From Auanema rhodensis (Eukaryota > Animalia > Nematoda): 64,000 nucleotides of DNA. Positions 29,001-41,360 of the stretch are shown here, piece by piece; position 1 is the first letter of the stretch; each line of letters opens with the position of its first letter. The stretch lies in NCBI GenBank assembly GCA_964057225.1, contig OZ059896.1, positions 806,001 through 870,000 of the forward strand. The letters are read 5' to 3'. The notes beneath the pieces were generated by a model, which saw only the letters and a list, made by a program, of their open reading frames with translations, had not been told where the DNA came from and did not search any database. The position numbers and the translations under genes were made by a program.

Positions 29001-32000
29001 GTGAAGCGAGTTACATACCAAGTGCACATCACGTGTACATTTAATTAGCATAAATTAAAGTTCACGTAAATTTCAAAGTCATGGTTACCATGAACCAATA
29101 TCAATAAAAATTTGTTTTTAGACTAATATGGACATGGGAAATCTAATTTTGAAAACCGCATCTCTTTATCTTTTACGTGAAGCGAGTTACATACCAAGTG
29201 CACATCACGTGTACATTTAATTAGCATAAATTAAAGTTCACGTAAATTTCAAAGTCATGGTTACCATGCACCAATATCAATAACAATTTGTTTTTAGACT
29301 AATATGGACATAGGGAATCTAATTTTGAAAACCGCATCTCTTTATCTTTCACGTGAAGCGAGTTACATACCAAGTGCACATCACGTGTACATTTAATTAG
29401 TATAAATTAAAGTTCACGTAAATTTCAAAGTCATGGTTACCATGAACCAGTATCAATAAAAATTTGTTTTTAGACTAATATGGACATGGGAAATCTAATT
29501 TTGAAAACCGCATCTCTTTATCTTTTACGTGAAGCTAGTTACATACCAAGTGCACATCACGTGTACATTTAATTAGCATAAATTAAAGTTCACGTAAATT
29601 TCAAAGTCATGGTTACCATGCACCAATATCAATAAAAATTTGTTTTTAGACTAATATGGACATGGGGAATCTAATTTTGAAAACCGCATCTCTTTATCTT
29701 TCACGTGAAGCGAGTTACATACCAAGTGCACATGACGTGTACATTTAATTAGCATAAATTAAAGTTCACGTAAATTTCAAAGTCATGGTTACCATGAACC
29801 AATATCAATAACAATTTGTTTTTAGACTAATATGGACATGGGGAATCTAATTTTGAAAACCGCATCTCTTTATCTTTCACGTGAAGCGAGTTACATACCA
29901 AGTGCACATCACGTGTACATTTAATTAGCATAAATTAAAGTTCACGTAAATTTGAAAGTCATGGTGACCATGAACCAATATCAATAAAAATTTGTTTTTA
30001 GACTAATATGGACATGGGGAATCTAATTTTGAAAACCGCATCTCTTTATCTTTCACGTGAAGCTAGTTACATACCAAGTGCACATCACGTGTACATTTAA
30101 TTAGCATAAATTAAAGTTCACGTAAATTTCAAAGTCATGGTTACCATGCACCAATATCAATAAAAATTTGTTTTTAGACTAATATGGACATGGGGAATCT
30201 AATTTTGAAAACCGCATCTCTTTATCTTTCACGTGAAGCGAGTTACATACCAAGTGCACATCACGTGTACATTTAATTAGCATAAATTAAAGTTCACGTA
30301 AATTTCAAAGTCATGGTTACCATGAACCAATATCAATAAAAATTTGTTTTTAGACTAATATGGACATAGGGAATCTAATTTTGAAAACCGCATCTTTTTA
30401 TCTTTCACGTGAAGCGAGTTACATACCAAGTGCACATCACGTGTACATTTAATTAGCATAAATTAAAGTTCACGTAAATTTCAAAGTCATGGTTACCATG
30501 AACCAATATCAATAAAAATTTGTTTATAGACTAATATGGACATGGGGAATCTAATTTTGAAAACCGCATCTCTTTATCTTTCACGTGAAGCTAGTTACAT
30601 ACCAAGTGCACATCACGTGTACATTTAATTAGCATAAATTAAAGTTCACGTAAATTTCAAAGTCATGGTTACCATGCACCAATATCAATAAAAATTTGTT
30701 TTTAGACTAATATGGACATGGGGAATCTAATTTTGAAAACCGCATCTCTTTATCTTTCACGTGAAACGAGTTACATACCAAGTGCACATCACGTGTACAT
30801 TTAATTAGTATAAATTAAAGTTCACGTAAATTTCAAAGTCATGGTTACCATGAACCAATATCAATAAAAATTTGTTTATAGACTAATATGGACATGGGGA
30901 ATCTAATTTTGAAAACCGCATCTCTTTATCTTTCACGTGAAGCTAGTTACATACCAAGTGCACATCACGTGTACATTTAATTAGCATAAATTAAAGTTCA
31001 CGTAAATTTCAAAGTCATGGTTACCATGCACCAATATCAATAAAAATTTGTTTTTAGACTAATATGGACATGGGGAATCTAATTTTGAAAACCGCATGTC
31101 TTTATCTTTCACGTGAAACGAGTTACATACCAAGTGCACATCACGTGTACATTTAATTAGCATAAATTAAAGTTCACGTAAATTTCAAAGTCATGGTGAC
31201 CATGAACCAATATCAAAAAAAATTTGTTTTTAGACTAATATGGACATGGGGAATCTAATTTTGAAAACCGCATCTCTTTATCTTTCACGTGAAGCGAGTT
31301 ACATACCAAGTGCACATCACGTGTACATTTAATTAGCATAAATTAAAGTTCACGTAAATTTCAAAGTCATGGTTACCATGCACCAATATCAATAACAATT
31401 TGTTTTTAGACTAAAATGGACATGGGGAATCTAATTTTGAAAACCGCATCTCTTTTTCTTTCACGTGAAGCGAGTTACATACCAAGTGCACATGACGTGT
31501 ACATTTAATTAGCATAAGTTAAGGTTCACGTAAATTTCAAAGTCATGGTTACCATGAACCAATATCAGTAAAAATTTGTTTTTAGACTAATATGGACATG
31601 GGGAATCTAATTTTGAAAACCGCATCTCTTTATCTCTCACGTGAAGCGAGTTACATACCAAGTGCACATCACGTGTACATTTAATTAGCATAAATTAAAG
31701 TTCACGTAAATTTCAAAGTCATGGTTACCATGCACCAATATCAATAAAAATTTGTTTTTAGACTAATATGGACATGAGGAATCTAATTTTGAAAACCGCA
31801 TCTCTTTATCTTTCACGTGAAGCGAGTTACATACCAAGTGCACATCACGTGTACATTTAATTAGCATAAGTTAAGGTTCACGTAAATTTCAAAGTCATGG
31901 TTACCATGCACCAATATCAATAACAATTTGTTTTTAGACTAAAATGGACATGGGGAATCTAATTTTGAAAACCGCATCTCTTTTTCTTTCACGTGAAGCG

Positions 32001-33616
32001 AGTTACATACCAAGTGCACATGACGTGTACATTTAATTAGCATAAGTTAAGGTTCACGTAAATTTCAAAGTCATGGTTACCATGAACCAATATCAGTAAA
32101 AATTTGTTTTTAGACTAATATGGACATGGGGAATCTAATTTTGAAAACCGCATCTCTTTATCTTTCACGTGAAGCGAGTTACATACCAAGTGCACATCAC
32201 GTGTACATTTAATTAGCATAAATTAAAGTTCACGTAAAATTCAAAGTCATGGTTACCATGAACCAATATCAATAAAAATTTGTTTATAGACTAATATGGA
32301 CATGGGGAATCTAATTTTGAAAACCGCATCTCTTTATCTTTCACGTGAAGCTAGTTACATACCAAGTGCACATCACGTGTACATTTAATTAGCATAAATT
32401 AAAGTTCACGTAAATTTCAAAGTCATGGTTACCATGCACCAATATCAATAAAAATTTGTTTTTAGACTAATATGGACATGGGGAATCTAATTTTGAAAAC
32501 CGCATCTCTTTATCTTTCACGTGAAACGAGTTACATACCAAGTGCACATCACGTGTACATTTAATTAGTATAAATTAAAGTTCACGTAAATTTCAAAGTC
32601 ATGGTTACCATGAACCAATATCAATAAAAATTTGTTTATAGACTAATATGGACATGGGGAATCTAATTTTGAAAACCGCATCTCTTTATCTTTCACGTGA
32701 AGCTAGTTACATACCAAGTGCACATCACGTGTACATTTAATTAGCATAAATTAAAGTTCACGTAAATTTCAAAGTCATGGTTACCATGCACCAATATCAA
32801 TAAAAATTTGTTTTTAGACTAATATGGACATGGGGAATCTAATTTTGAAAACCGCATCTCTTTATCTTTCACGTGAAACGAGTTACATACCAAGTGCACA
32901 TCACGTGTACATTTAATTAGCATAAATTAAAGTTCACGTAAATTTCAAAGTCATGGTGACCATGAACCAATATCAAAAAAAATTTGTTTTTAGACTAATA
33001 TGGACATGGGGAATCTAATTTTGAAAACCGCATCTCTTTATCTTTCACGTGAAGCGAGTTACATACCAAGTGCACATCACGTGTACATTTAATTAGCATA
33101 AATTAAAGTTCACGTAAATTTCAAAGTCATGGTTACCATGCACCAATATCAATAACAATTTGTTTTTAGACTAAAATGGACATGGGGAATCTAATTTTGA
33201 AAACCGCATCTCTTTTTCTTTCACGTGAAGCGAGTTACATACCAAGTGCACATGACGTGTACATTTAATTAGCATAAGTTAAGGTTCACGTAAATTTCAA
33301 AGTCATGGTTACCATGAACCAATATCAGTAAAAATTTGTTTTTAGACTAATATGGACATGGGGAATCTAATTTTGAAAACCGCATCTCTTTATCTCTCAC
33401 GTGAAGCGAGTTACATACCAAGTGCACATCACGTGTACATTTAATTAGCATAAATTAAAGTTCACGTAAATTTCAAAGTCATGGTTACCATGCACCAATA
33501 TCAATAAAAATTTGTTTTTAGACTAATATGGACATGAGGAATCTAATTTTGAAAACCGCATCTCTTTATCTTTCACGTGAAGCGAGTTACATACCAAGTG
33601 CACATCACGTGTACAT

Positions 33617-36600
33617 TTAATTAGCATAAGTTAAGGTTCACGTAAATTTCAAAGTCATGGTTACCATGCACCAATATCAATAAAAATTTGTTTTTAGACT
33701 AATATGGACATGGGGAATCTAATTTTGAAAACCGCATCTCTTTATCTTTCACGTGAAACGAGTTACATACCAAGTGCACATCACGTGTACATTTAATTAG
33801 CATAAATTAAAGTTCACGTAAATTTCAAAGTCATGGTTACCATGCACCAATATCAATAAAAATTTGTTTTTAGACTAATATGGACATGGGGAATCTAATT
33901 TTGAAAACCGCATCTCTTTATCTTTCACGTGAAGCTAGTTACATACCAAGTGCACATCACGTGTACATTTAATTAGCATAAATTAAAGTTCACGTAAATT
34001 TCAAAGTCATGGTTACCATGCACCAATATCAATAAAAATTTGTTTTTAGACTAATATGGACATGGGGAATCTAATTTTGAAAACCGCATCTCTTTATCTT
34101 TCACGTGAAACGAGTTACATACCAAGTGCACATCACGTGTACATTTAATTAGTATAAATTAAAGTTCACGTAAATTTCAAAGTCATGGTTACCATGAACC
34201 AATATCAATAAAAATTTGTTTATAGACTAATATGGACATGGGGAATCTAATTTTGAAAACCGCATCTCTTTATCTTTCACGTGAAGCTAGTTACATACCA
34301 AGTGCACATCACGTGTACATTTAATTAGCATAAATTAAAGTTCACGTAAATTTCAAAGTCATGGTTACCATGCACCAATATCAATAAAAATTTGTTTTTA
34401 GACTAATATGGACATGGGGAACCTAATTTTGAAAACCGCATCTCTTTATCTTTCACGTGAAACGAGTTACATACCAAGTGCACATCACGTGTACATTTAA
34501 TTAGCATAAATTAAAGTTCACGTAAATTTCAAAGTCATGGTGACCATGAACCAATATCAAAAAAAATTTGTTTTTAGACTAATATGGACATGGGGAATCT
34601 AATTTTGAAAACCGCATCTCTTTATCTTTCACGTGAAGCGAGTTACATACCAAGTGCACATCACGTGTACATTTAATTAGCATAAATTAAAGTTCACGTA
34701 AATTTCAAAGTCATGGTTACCATGCACCAATATCAATAACAATTTGTTTTTAGACTAAAATGGACATGGGGAATCTAATTTTGAAAACCGCATCTCTTTT
34801 TCTTTCACGTGAAGCGAGTTACATACCAAGTGCACATGACGTGTACATTTAATTAGCATAAGTTAAGGTTCACGTAAATTTCAAAGTCATGGTTACCATG
34901 AACCAATATCAGTAAAAATTTGTTTTTAGACTAATATGGACATGGGGAATCTAATTTTGAAAACCGCATCTCTTTATCTCTCACGTGAAGCGAGTTACAT
35001 ACCAAGTGCACATCACGTGTACATTTAATTAGCATAAATTAAAGTTCACGTAAATTTCAAAGTCATGGTTACCATGCACCAATATCAATAAAAATTTGTT
35101 TTTAGACTAATATGGACATGAGGAATCTAATTTTGAAAACCGCATCTCTTTATCTTTCACGTGAAGCGAGTTACATACCAAGTGCACATCACGTGTACAT
35201 TTAATTAGCATAAGTTAAGGTTCACGTAAATTTCAAAGTCATGGTTACCATGCACCAATATCAATAACAATTTGTTTTTAGACTAAAATGGACATGGGGA
35301 ATCTAATTTTGAAAACCGCATCTCTTTTTCTTTCACGTGAAGCGAGTTACATACCAAGTGCACATGACGTGTACATTTAATTAGCATAAGTTAAGGTTCA
35401 CGTAAATTTCAAAGTCATGGTTACCATGAACCAATATCAGTAAAAATTTGTTTTTAGACTAATATGGACATGGGGAATCTAATTTTGAAAACCGCATCTC
35501 TTTATCTTTCACGTGAAACGAGTTACATACCAAGTGCACATCACGTGTACATTTAATTAGCATAAATTAAAGTTCACGTAAATTTCAAAGTCATGGTTAC
35601 CATGCACCAATATCAATAAAAATTTGTTTTTAGACTAATATGGACATGGGGAATCTAATTTTGAAAACCGCATCTCTTTATCTCTCACGTGAAGCGAGTT
35701 ACATACCAAGTGCACATCACGTGTACATTTAATTAGCATAAATTAAAGTTCACGTAAATTTCAAAGTCATGGTTACCATGCACCAATATCAATAAAAATT
35801 TGTTTTTAGACTAATATGGACATGGGGAATCTAATTTTGAAAACCGCATCTCTTTATCTTTCACGTGAAGCGAGTTACATACCAAGTGCACATCACGTGT
35901 ACATTTAATTAGCATAAGTTAAGGTTCACGTAAATTTCAAAGTCATGGTTACCATGCACCAATATCAATAAAAATTTGTTTTTAGACTAATATGGACATG
36001 GAGAATCTAATTTTGAAAACCGCATCTCTTTATCTTTCACGTGAAACGAGTTACATACCAAGTGCACATCACGTGTACATTTAATTAGCATAAATTAAAG
36101 TTCACGTAAATTTCAAAGTCATGGTTACCATGCACCAATATCAATAAAAATTTGTTTTTAGACTAATATGGACATGGGGAATCTAATTTTGAAAACCGCA
36201 TCTCTTTATCTTTCACGTGAAGCTAGTTACATACCAAGTGCACATCACGTGTACATTTAATTAGCATAAATTAAAGTTCACGTAAATTTCAAAGTCATGG
36301 TTACCATGCACCAATATCAATAAAAATTTGTTTTTAGACTAATATGGACATGGGGAATCTAATTTTGAAAACCGCATCTCTTTATCTTTCACGTGAAACG
36401 AGTTACATACCAAGTGCACATCACGTGTACATTTAATTAGTATAAATTAAAGTTCACGTAAATTTCAAAGTCATGGTTACCATGAACCAATATCAATAAA
36501 AATTTGTTTATAGACTAATATGGACATGGGGAATCTAATTTTGAAAACCGCATCTCTTTATCTTTCACGTGAAGCTAGTTACATACCAAGTGCACATCAC

Positions 36601-37800
36601 GTGTACATTTAATTAGCATAAATTAAAGTTCACGTAAATTTCAAAGTCATGGTTACCATGCACCAATATCAATAAAAATTTGTTTTTAGACTAATATGGA
36701 CATGGGGAATCTAATTTTGAAAACCGCATCTCTTTATCTTTCACGTGAAACGAGTTACATACCAAGTGCACATCACGTGTACATTTAATTAGCATAAATT
36801 AAAGTTCACGTAAATTTCAAAGTCATGGTGACCATGAACCAATATCAAAAAAAATTTGTTTTTAGACTAATATGGACATGGGGAATCTAATTTTGAAAAC
36901 CGCATCTCTTTATCTTTCACGTGAAGCGAGTTACATACCAAGTGCACATCACGTGTACATTTAATTAGCATAAATTAAAGTTCACGTAAATTTCAAAGTC
37001 ATGGTTACCATGCACCAATATCAATAACAATTTGTTTTTAGACTAAAATGGACATGGGGAATCTAATTTTGAAAACCGCATCTCTTTTTCTTTCACGTGA
37101 AGCGAGTTACATACCAAGTGCACATGACGTGTACATTTAATTAGCATAAGTTAAGGTTCACGTAAATTTCAAAGTCATGGTTACCATGAACCAATATCAG
37201 TAAAAATTTGTTTTTAGACTAATATGGACATGGGGAATCTAATTTTGAAAACCGCATCTCTTTATCTCTCACGTGAAGCGAGTTACATACCAAGTGCACA
37301 TCACGTGTACATTTAATTAGCATAAATTAAAGTTCACGTAAATTTCAAAGTCATGGTTACCATGCACCAATATCAATAAAAATTTGTTTTTAGACTAATA
37401 TGGACATGAGGAATCTAATTTTGAAAACCGCATCTCTTTATCTTTCACGTGAAGCGAGTTACATACCAAGTGCACATCACGTGTACATTTAATTAGCATA
37501 AGTTAAGGTTCACGTAAATTTCAAAGTCATGGTTACCATGCACCAATATCAATAACAATTTGTTTTTAGACTAAAATGGACATGGGGAATCTAATTTTGA
37601 AAACCGCATCTCTTTTTCTTTCACGTGAAGCGAGTTACATACCAAGTGCACATGACGTGTACATTTAATTAGCATAAGTTAAGGTTCACGTAAATTTCAA
37701 AGTCATGGTTACCATGAACCAATATCAGTAAAAATTTGTTTTTAGACTAATATGGACATGGGGAATCTAATTTTGAAAACCGCATCTCTTTATCTTTCAC
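33617..37800. repeat. 13-monomer (2288 bp) periodicity within domain B
   Basis: Units 33793, 34145 and 34497 match 36081, 36433 and 36785, and onward. Confidence 0.7.
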
Positions 37801-40780
37801 GTGAAGCGAGTTACATACCAAGTGCACATCACGTGTACATTTAATTAGCATAAATTAAAGTTCACGTAAATTTCAAAGTCATGGTTACCATGCACCAATA
37901 TCAATAAAAATTTGTTTTTAGACTAATATGGACATGGGGAATCTAATTTTGAAAACCGCATCTCTTTATCTTTCACGTGAAGCGAGTTACATACCAAGTG
38001 CACATCACGTGTACATTTAATTAGCATAAATTAAAGTTCACGTAAATTTCAAAGTCATGGTGACCATGAACCAATATCAAAAAAAATTTGTTTTTAGACT
38101 AATATGGACATGGGGGATCTAATTTTGAAAACCGCATCTCTTTATCTTTCACGTGAAGCGAGTTACATACCAAGTGCACATCACGTGTACATTTAATTAG
38201 CATAAATTAAAGTTCACGTAAATTTCAAAGTCATGGTTACCATGCACCAATATCAATAACAATTTGTTTTTAGACTAAAATGGACATGGGGAATCTAATT
38301 TTGAAAACCGCATCTCTTTTTCTTTCACGTGAAGCGAGTTACATACCAAGTGCACATGACGTGTACATTTAATTAGCATAAGTTAAGGTTCACGTAAATT
38401 TCAAAGTCATGGTTACCATGAACCAATATCAGTAAAAATTTGTTTTTAGACTAATATGGACATGGGGAATCTAATTTTGAAAACCGCATCTCTTTATCTC
38501 TCACGTGAAGCGAGTTACATACCAAGTGCACATCACGTGTACATTTAATTAGCATAAATTAAAGTTCACGTAAATTTCAAAGTCATGGTTACCATGCACC
38601 AATATCAATAAAAATTTGTTTTTAGACTAATATGGACATGGGGAATCTAATTTTGAAAACCGCATCTCTTTATCTTTCACGTGAAGCGAGTTACATACCA
38701 AGTGCACATCACGTGTACATTTAATTAGCATAAGTTAAGGTTCACGTAAATTTCAAAGTCATGGTTACCATGCACCAATATCAATAACAATTTGTTTTTA
38801 GACTAAAATGGACATGGGGAATCTAATTTTGAAAACCGCATCTCTTTTTCTTTCACGTGAAGCGAGTTACATACCAAGTGCACATGACGTGTACATTTAA
38901 TTAGCATAAGTTAAGGTTCACGTAAATTTCAAAGTCATGGTTACCATGAACCAATATCAGTAAAAATTTGTTTTTAGACTAATATGGACATGGGGAATCT
39001 AATTTTGAAAACCGCATCTCTTTATCTCTCACGTGAAGCGAGTTACATACCAAGTGCACATCACGTGTACATTTAATTAGCATAAATTAAAGTTCACGTA
39101 AATTTCAAAGTCATGGTTACCATGCACCAATATCAATAAAAATTTGTTTTTAGACTAATATGGACATGAGGAATCTAATTTTGAAAACCGCATCTCTTTA
39201 TCTTTCACGTGAAGCGAGTTACATACCAAGTGCACATCACGTGTACATTTAATTAGCATAAGTTAAGGTTCACGTAAATTTCAAAGTCATGGTTACCATG
39301 CACCAATATCAATAACAATTTGTTTTTAGACTAAAATGGACATGGGGAATCTAATTTTGAAAACCGCATCTCTTTTTCTTTCACGTGAAGCGAGTTACAT
39401 ACCAAGTGCACATGACGTGTACATTTAATTAGCATAAGTTAAGGTTCACGTAAATTTCAAAGTCATGGTTACCATGAACCAATATCAGTAAAAATTTGTT
39501 TTTAGACTAATATGGACATGGGGAATCTAATTTTGAAAACCGCATCTCTTTATCTTTCACGTGAAGCGAGTTACATACCAAGTGCACATCACGTGTACAT
39601 TTAATTAGCATAAATTAAAGTTCACGTAAATTTCAAAGTCATGGTTACCATGCACCAATATCAATAAAAATTTGTTTTTAGACTAATATGGACATGGGGA
39701 ATCTAATTTTGAAAACCGCATCTCTTTATCTTTCACGTGAAGCGAGTTACATACCAAGTGCACATCACGTGTACATTTAATTAGCATAAATTAAAGTTCA
39801 CGTAAATTTCAAAGTCATGGTGACCATGAACCAATATCAAAAAAAATTTGTTTTTAGACTAATATGGACATGGGGGATCTAATTTTGAAAACCGCATCTC
39901 TTTATCTTTCACGTGAAGCGAGTTACATACCAAGTGCACATCACGTGTACATTTAATTAGCATAAATTAAAGTTCACGTAAATTTCAAAGTCATGGTTAC
40001 CATGCACCAATATCAATAACAATTTGTTTTTAGACTAAAATGGACATGGGGAATCTAATTTTGAAAACCGCATCTCTTTTTCTTTCACGTGAAGCGAGTT
40101 ACATACCAAGTGCACATGACGTGTACATTTAATTAGCATAAGTTAAGGTTCACGTAAATTTCAAAGTCATGGTTACCATGAACCAATATCAGTAAAAATT
40201 TGTTTTTAGACTAATATGGACATGGGGAATCTAATTTTGAAAACCGCATCTCTTTATCTCTCACGTGAAGCGAGTTACATACCAAGTGCACATCACGTGT
40301 ACATTTAATTAGCATAAATTAAAGTTCACGTAAATTTCAAAGTCATGGTTACCATGCACCAATATCAATAAAAATTTGTTTTTAGACTAATATGGACATG
40401 GGGAATCTAATTTTGAAAACCGCATCTCTTTATCTTTCACGTGAAGCGAGTTACATACCAAGTGCACATCACGTGTACATTTAATTAGCATAAGTTAAGG
40501 TTCACGTAAATTTCAAAGTCATGGTTACCATGCACCAATATCAATAACAATTTGTTTTTAGACTAAAATGGACATGGGGAATCTAATTTTGAAAACCGCA
40601 TCTCTTTTTCTTTCACGTGAAGCGAGTTACATACCAAGTGCACATGACGTGTACATTTAATTAGCATAAGTTAAGGTTCACGTAAATTTCAAAGTCATGG
40701 TTACCATGAACCAATATCAGTAAAAATTTGTTTTTAGACTAATATGGACATGGGGAATCTAATTTTGAAAACCGCATCTC
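36981..40780. repeat. 10-monomer (1760 bp) tandem duplication within domain B
   Basis: GGGGGATCT allele at ~38111 and ~39871; ATGAGGA units at 37313 and 39073; intervening units match. Confidence 0.8.
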
Positions 40781-41360
40781 TTTATCTTTCACGTGAAGCG
40801 AGTTACATACCAAGTGCACATCACGTGTACATTTAATTAGCATAAATTAAAGTTCACGTAAATTTCAAAGTCATGGTTACCATGCACCAATATCAATAAA
40901 AATTTGTTTGTAGACTAATATGGACATGGGGAATCTAATTTTGAAAACCGCATCTCTTTATCTTTCACGTGAAGCGAGTTACATACCAAGTGCACATCAC
41001 GTGTACATTTAATTAGCATAAATTAAAGTTCACGTAAATTTCAAAGTCATGGTTACCATGCACCAATATCAATAAAAATTTGTTTTTAGACTAATATGGA
41101 CATGGGGAATCTAATTTTGAAAACCGCATCTCTTTATCTTTCACGTGAAGCGAGTTACATACCAAGTGCACATCACGTGTACATTTAATTAGCATAAATT
41201 AAAGTTCACGTAAATTTCAAAGTCATGGTGACCATGAACCAATATCAAAAAAAATTTGTTTTTAGACTAATATGGACATGGGGGATCTAATTTTGAAAAC
41301 CGCATCTCTTTATCTTTCACGTGAAGCGAGTTACATACCAAGTGCACATCACGTGTACAT

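Larger units (their letters stand above)
1..30096. repeat. Satellite variant domain A
   Basis: Dominated by the linked haplotype CCAGTA+GGGAAA+TTTTACG+AAGCTAG, plus GTAATTA/TTGGAA units, AACA+ATAGGG units and CTGATT units. These combinations largely vanish after ~30 kb. Boundary approximate. Confidence 0.8.
30097..41360. repeat. Satellite variant domain B
   Basis: Characteristic alleles: CATAAGTTAAGG (monomers 31505 to 40657), TCTCTCACG, ATGAGGA, GGTGACC+CAAAAAAAA, TTTATAGA+AAGCTAG, AACA+AAAATGG+TTTTTC+ATGACG. Boundaries approximate. Confidence 0.8.
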
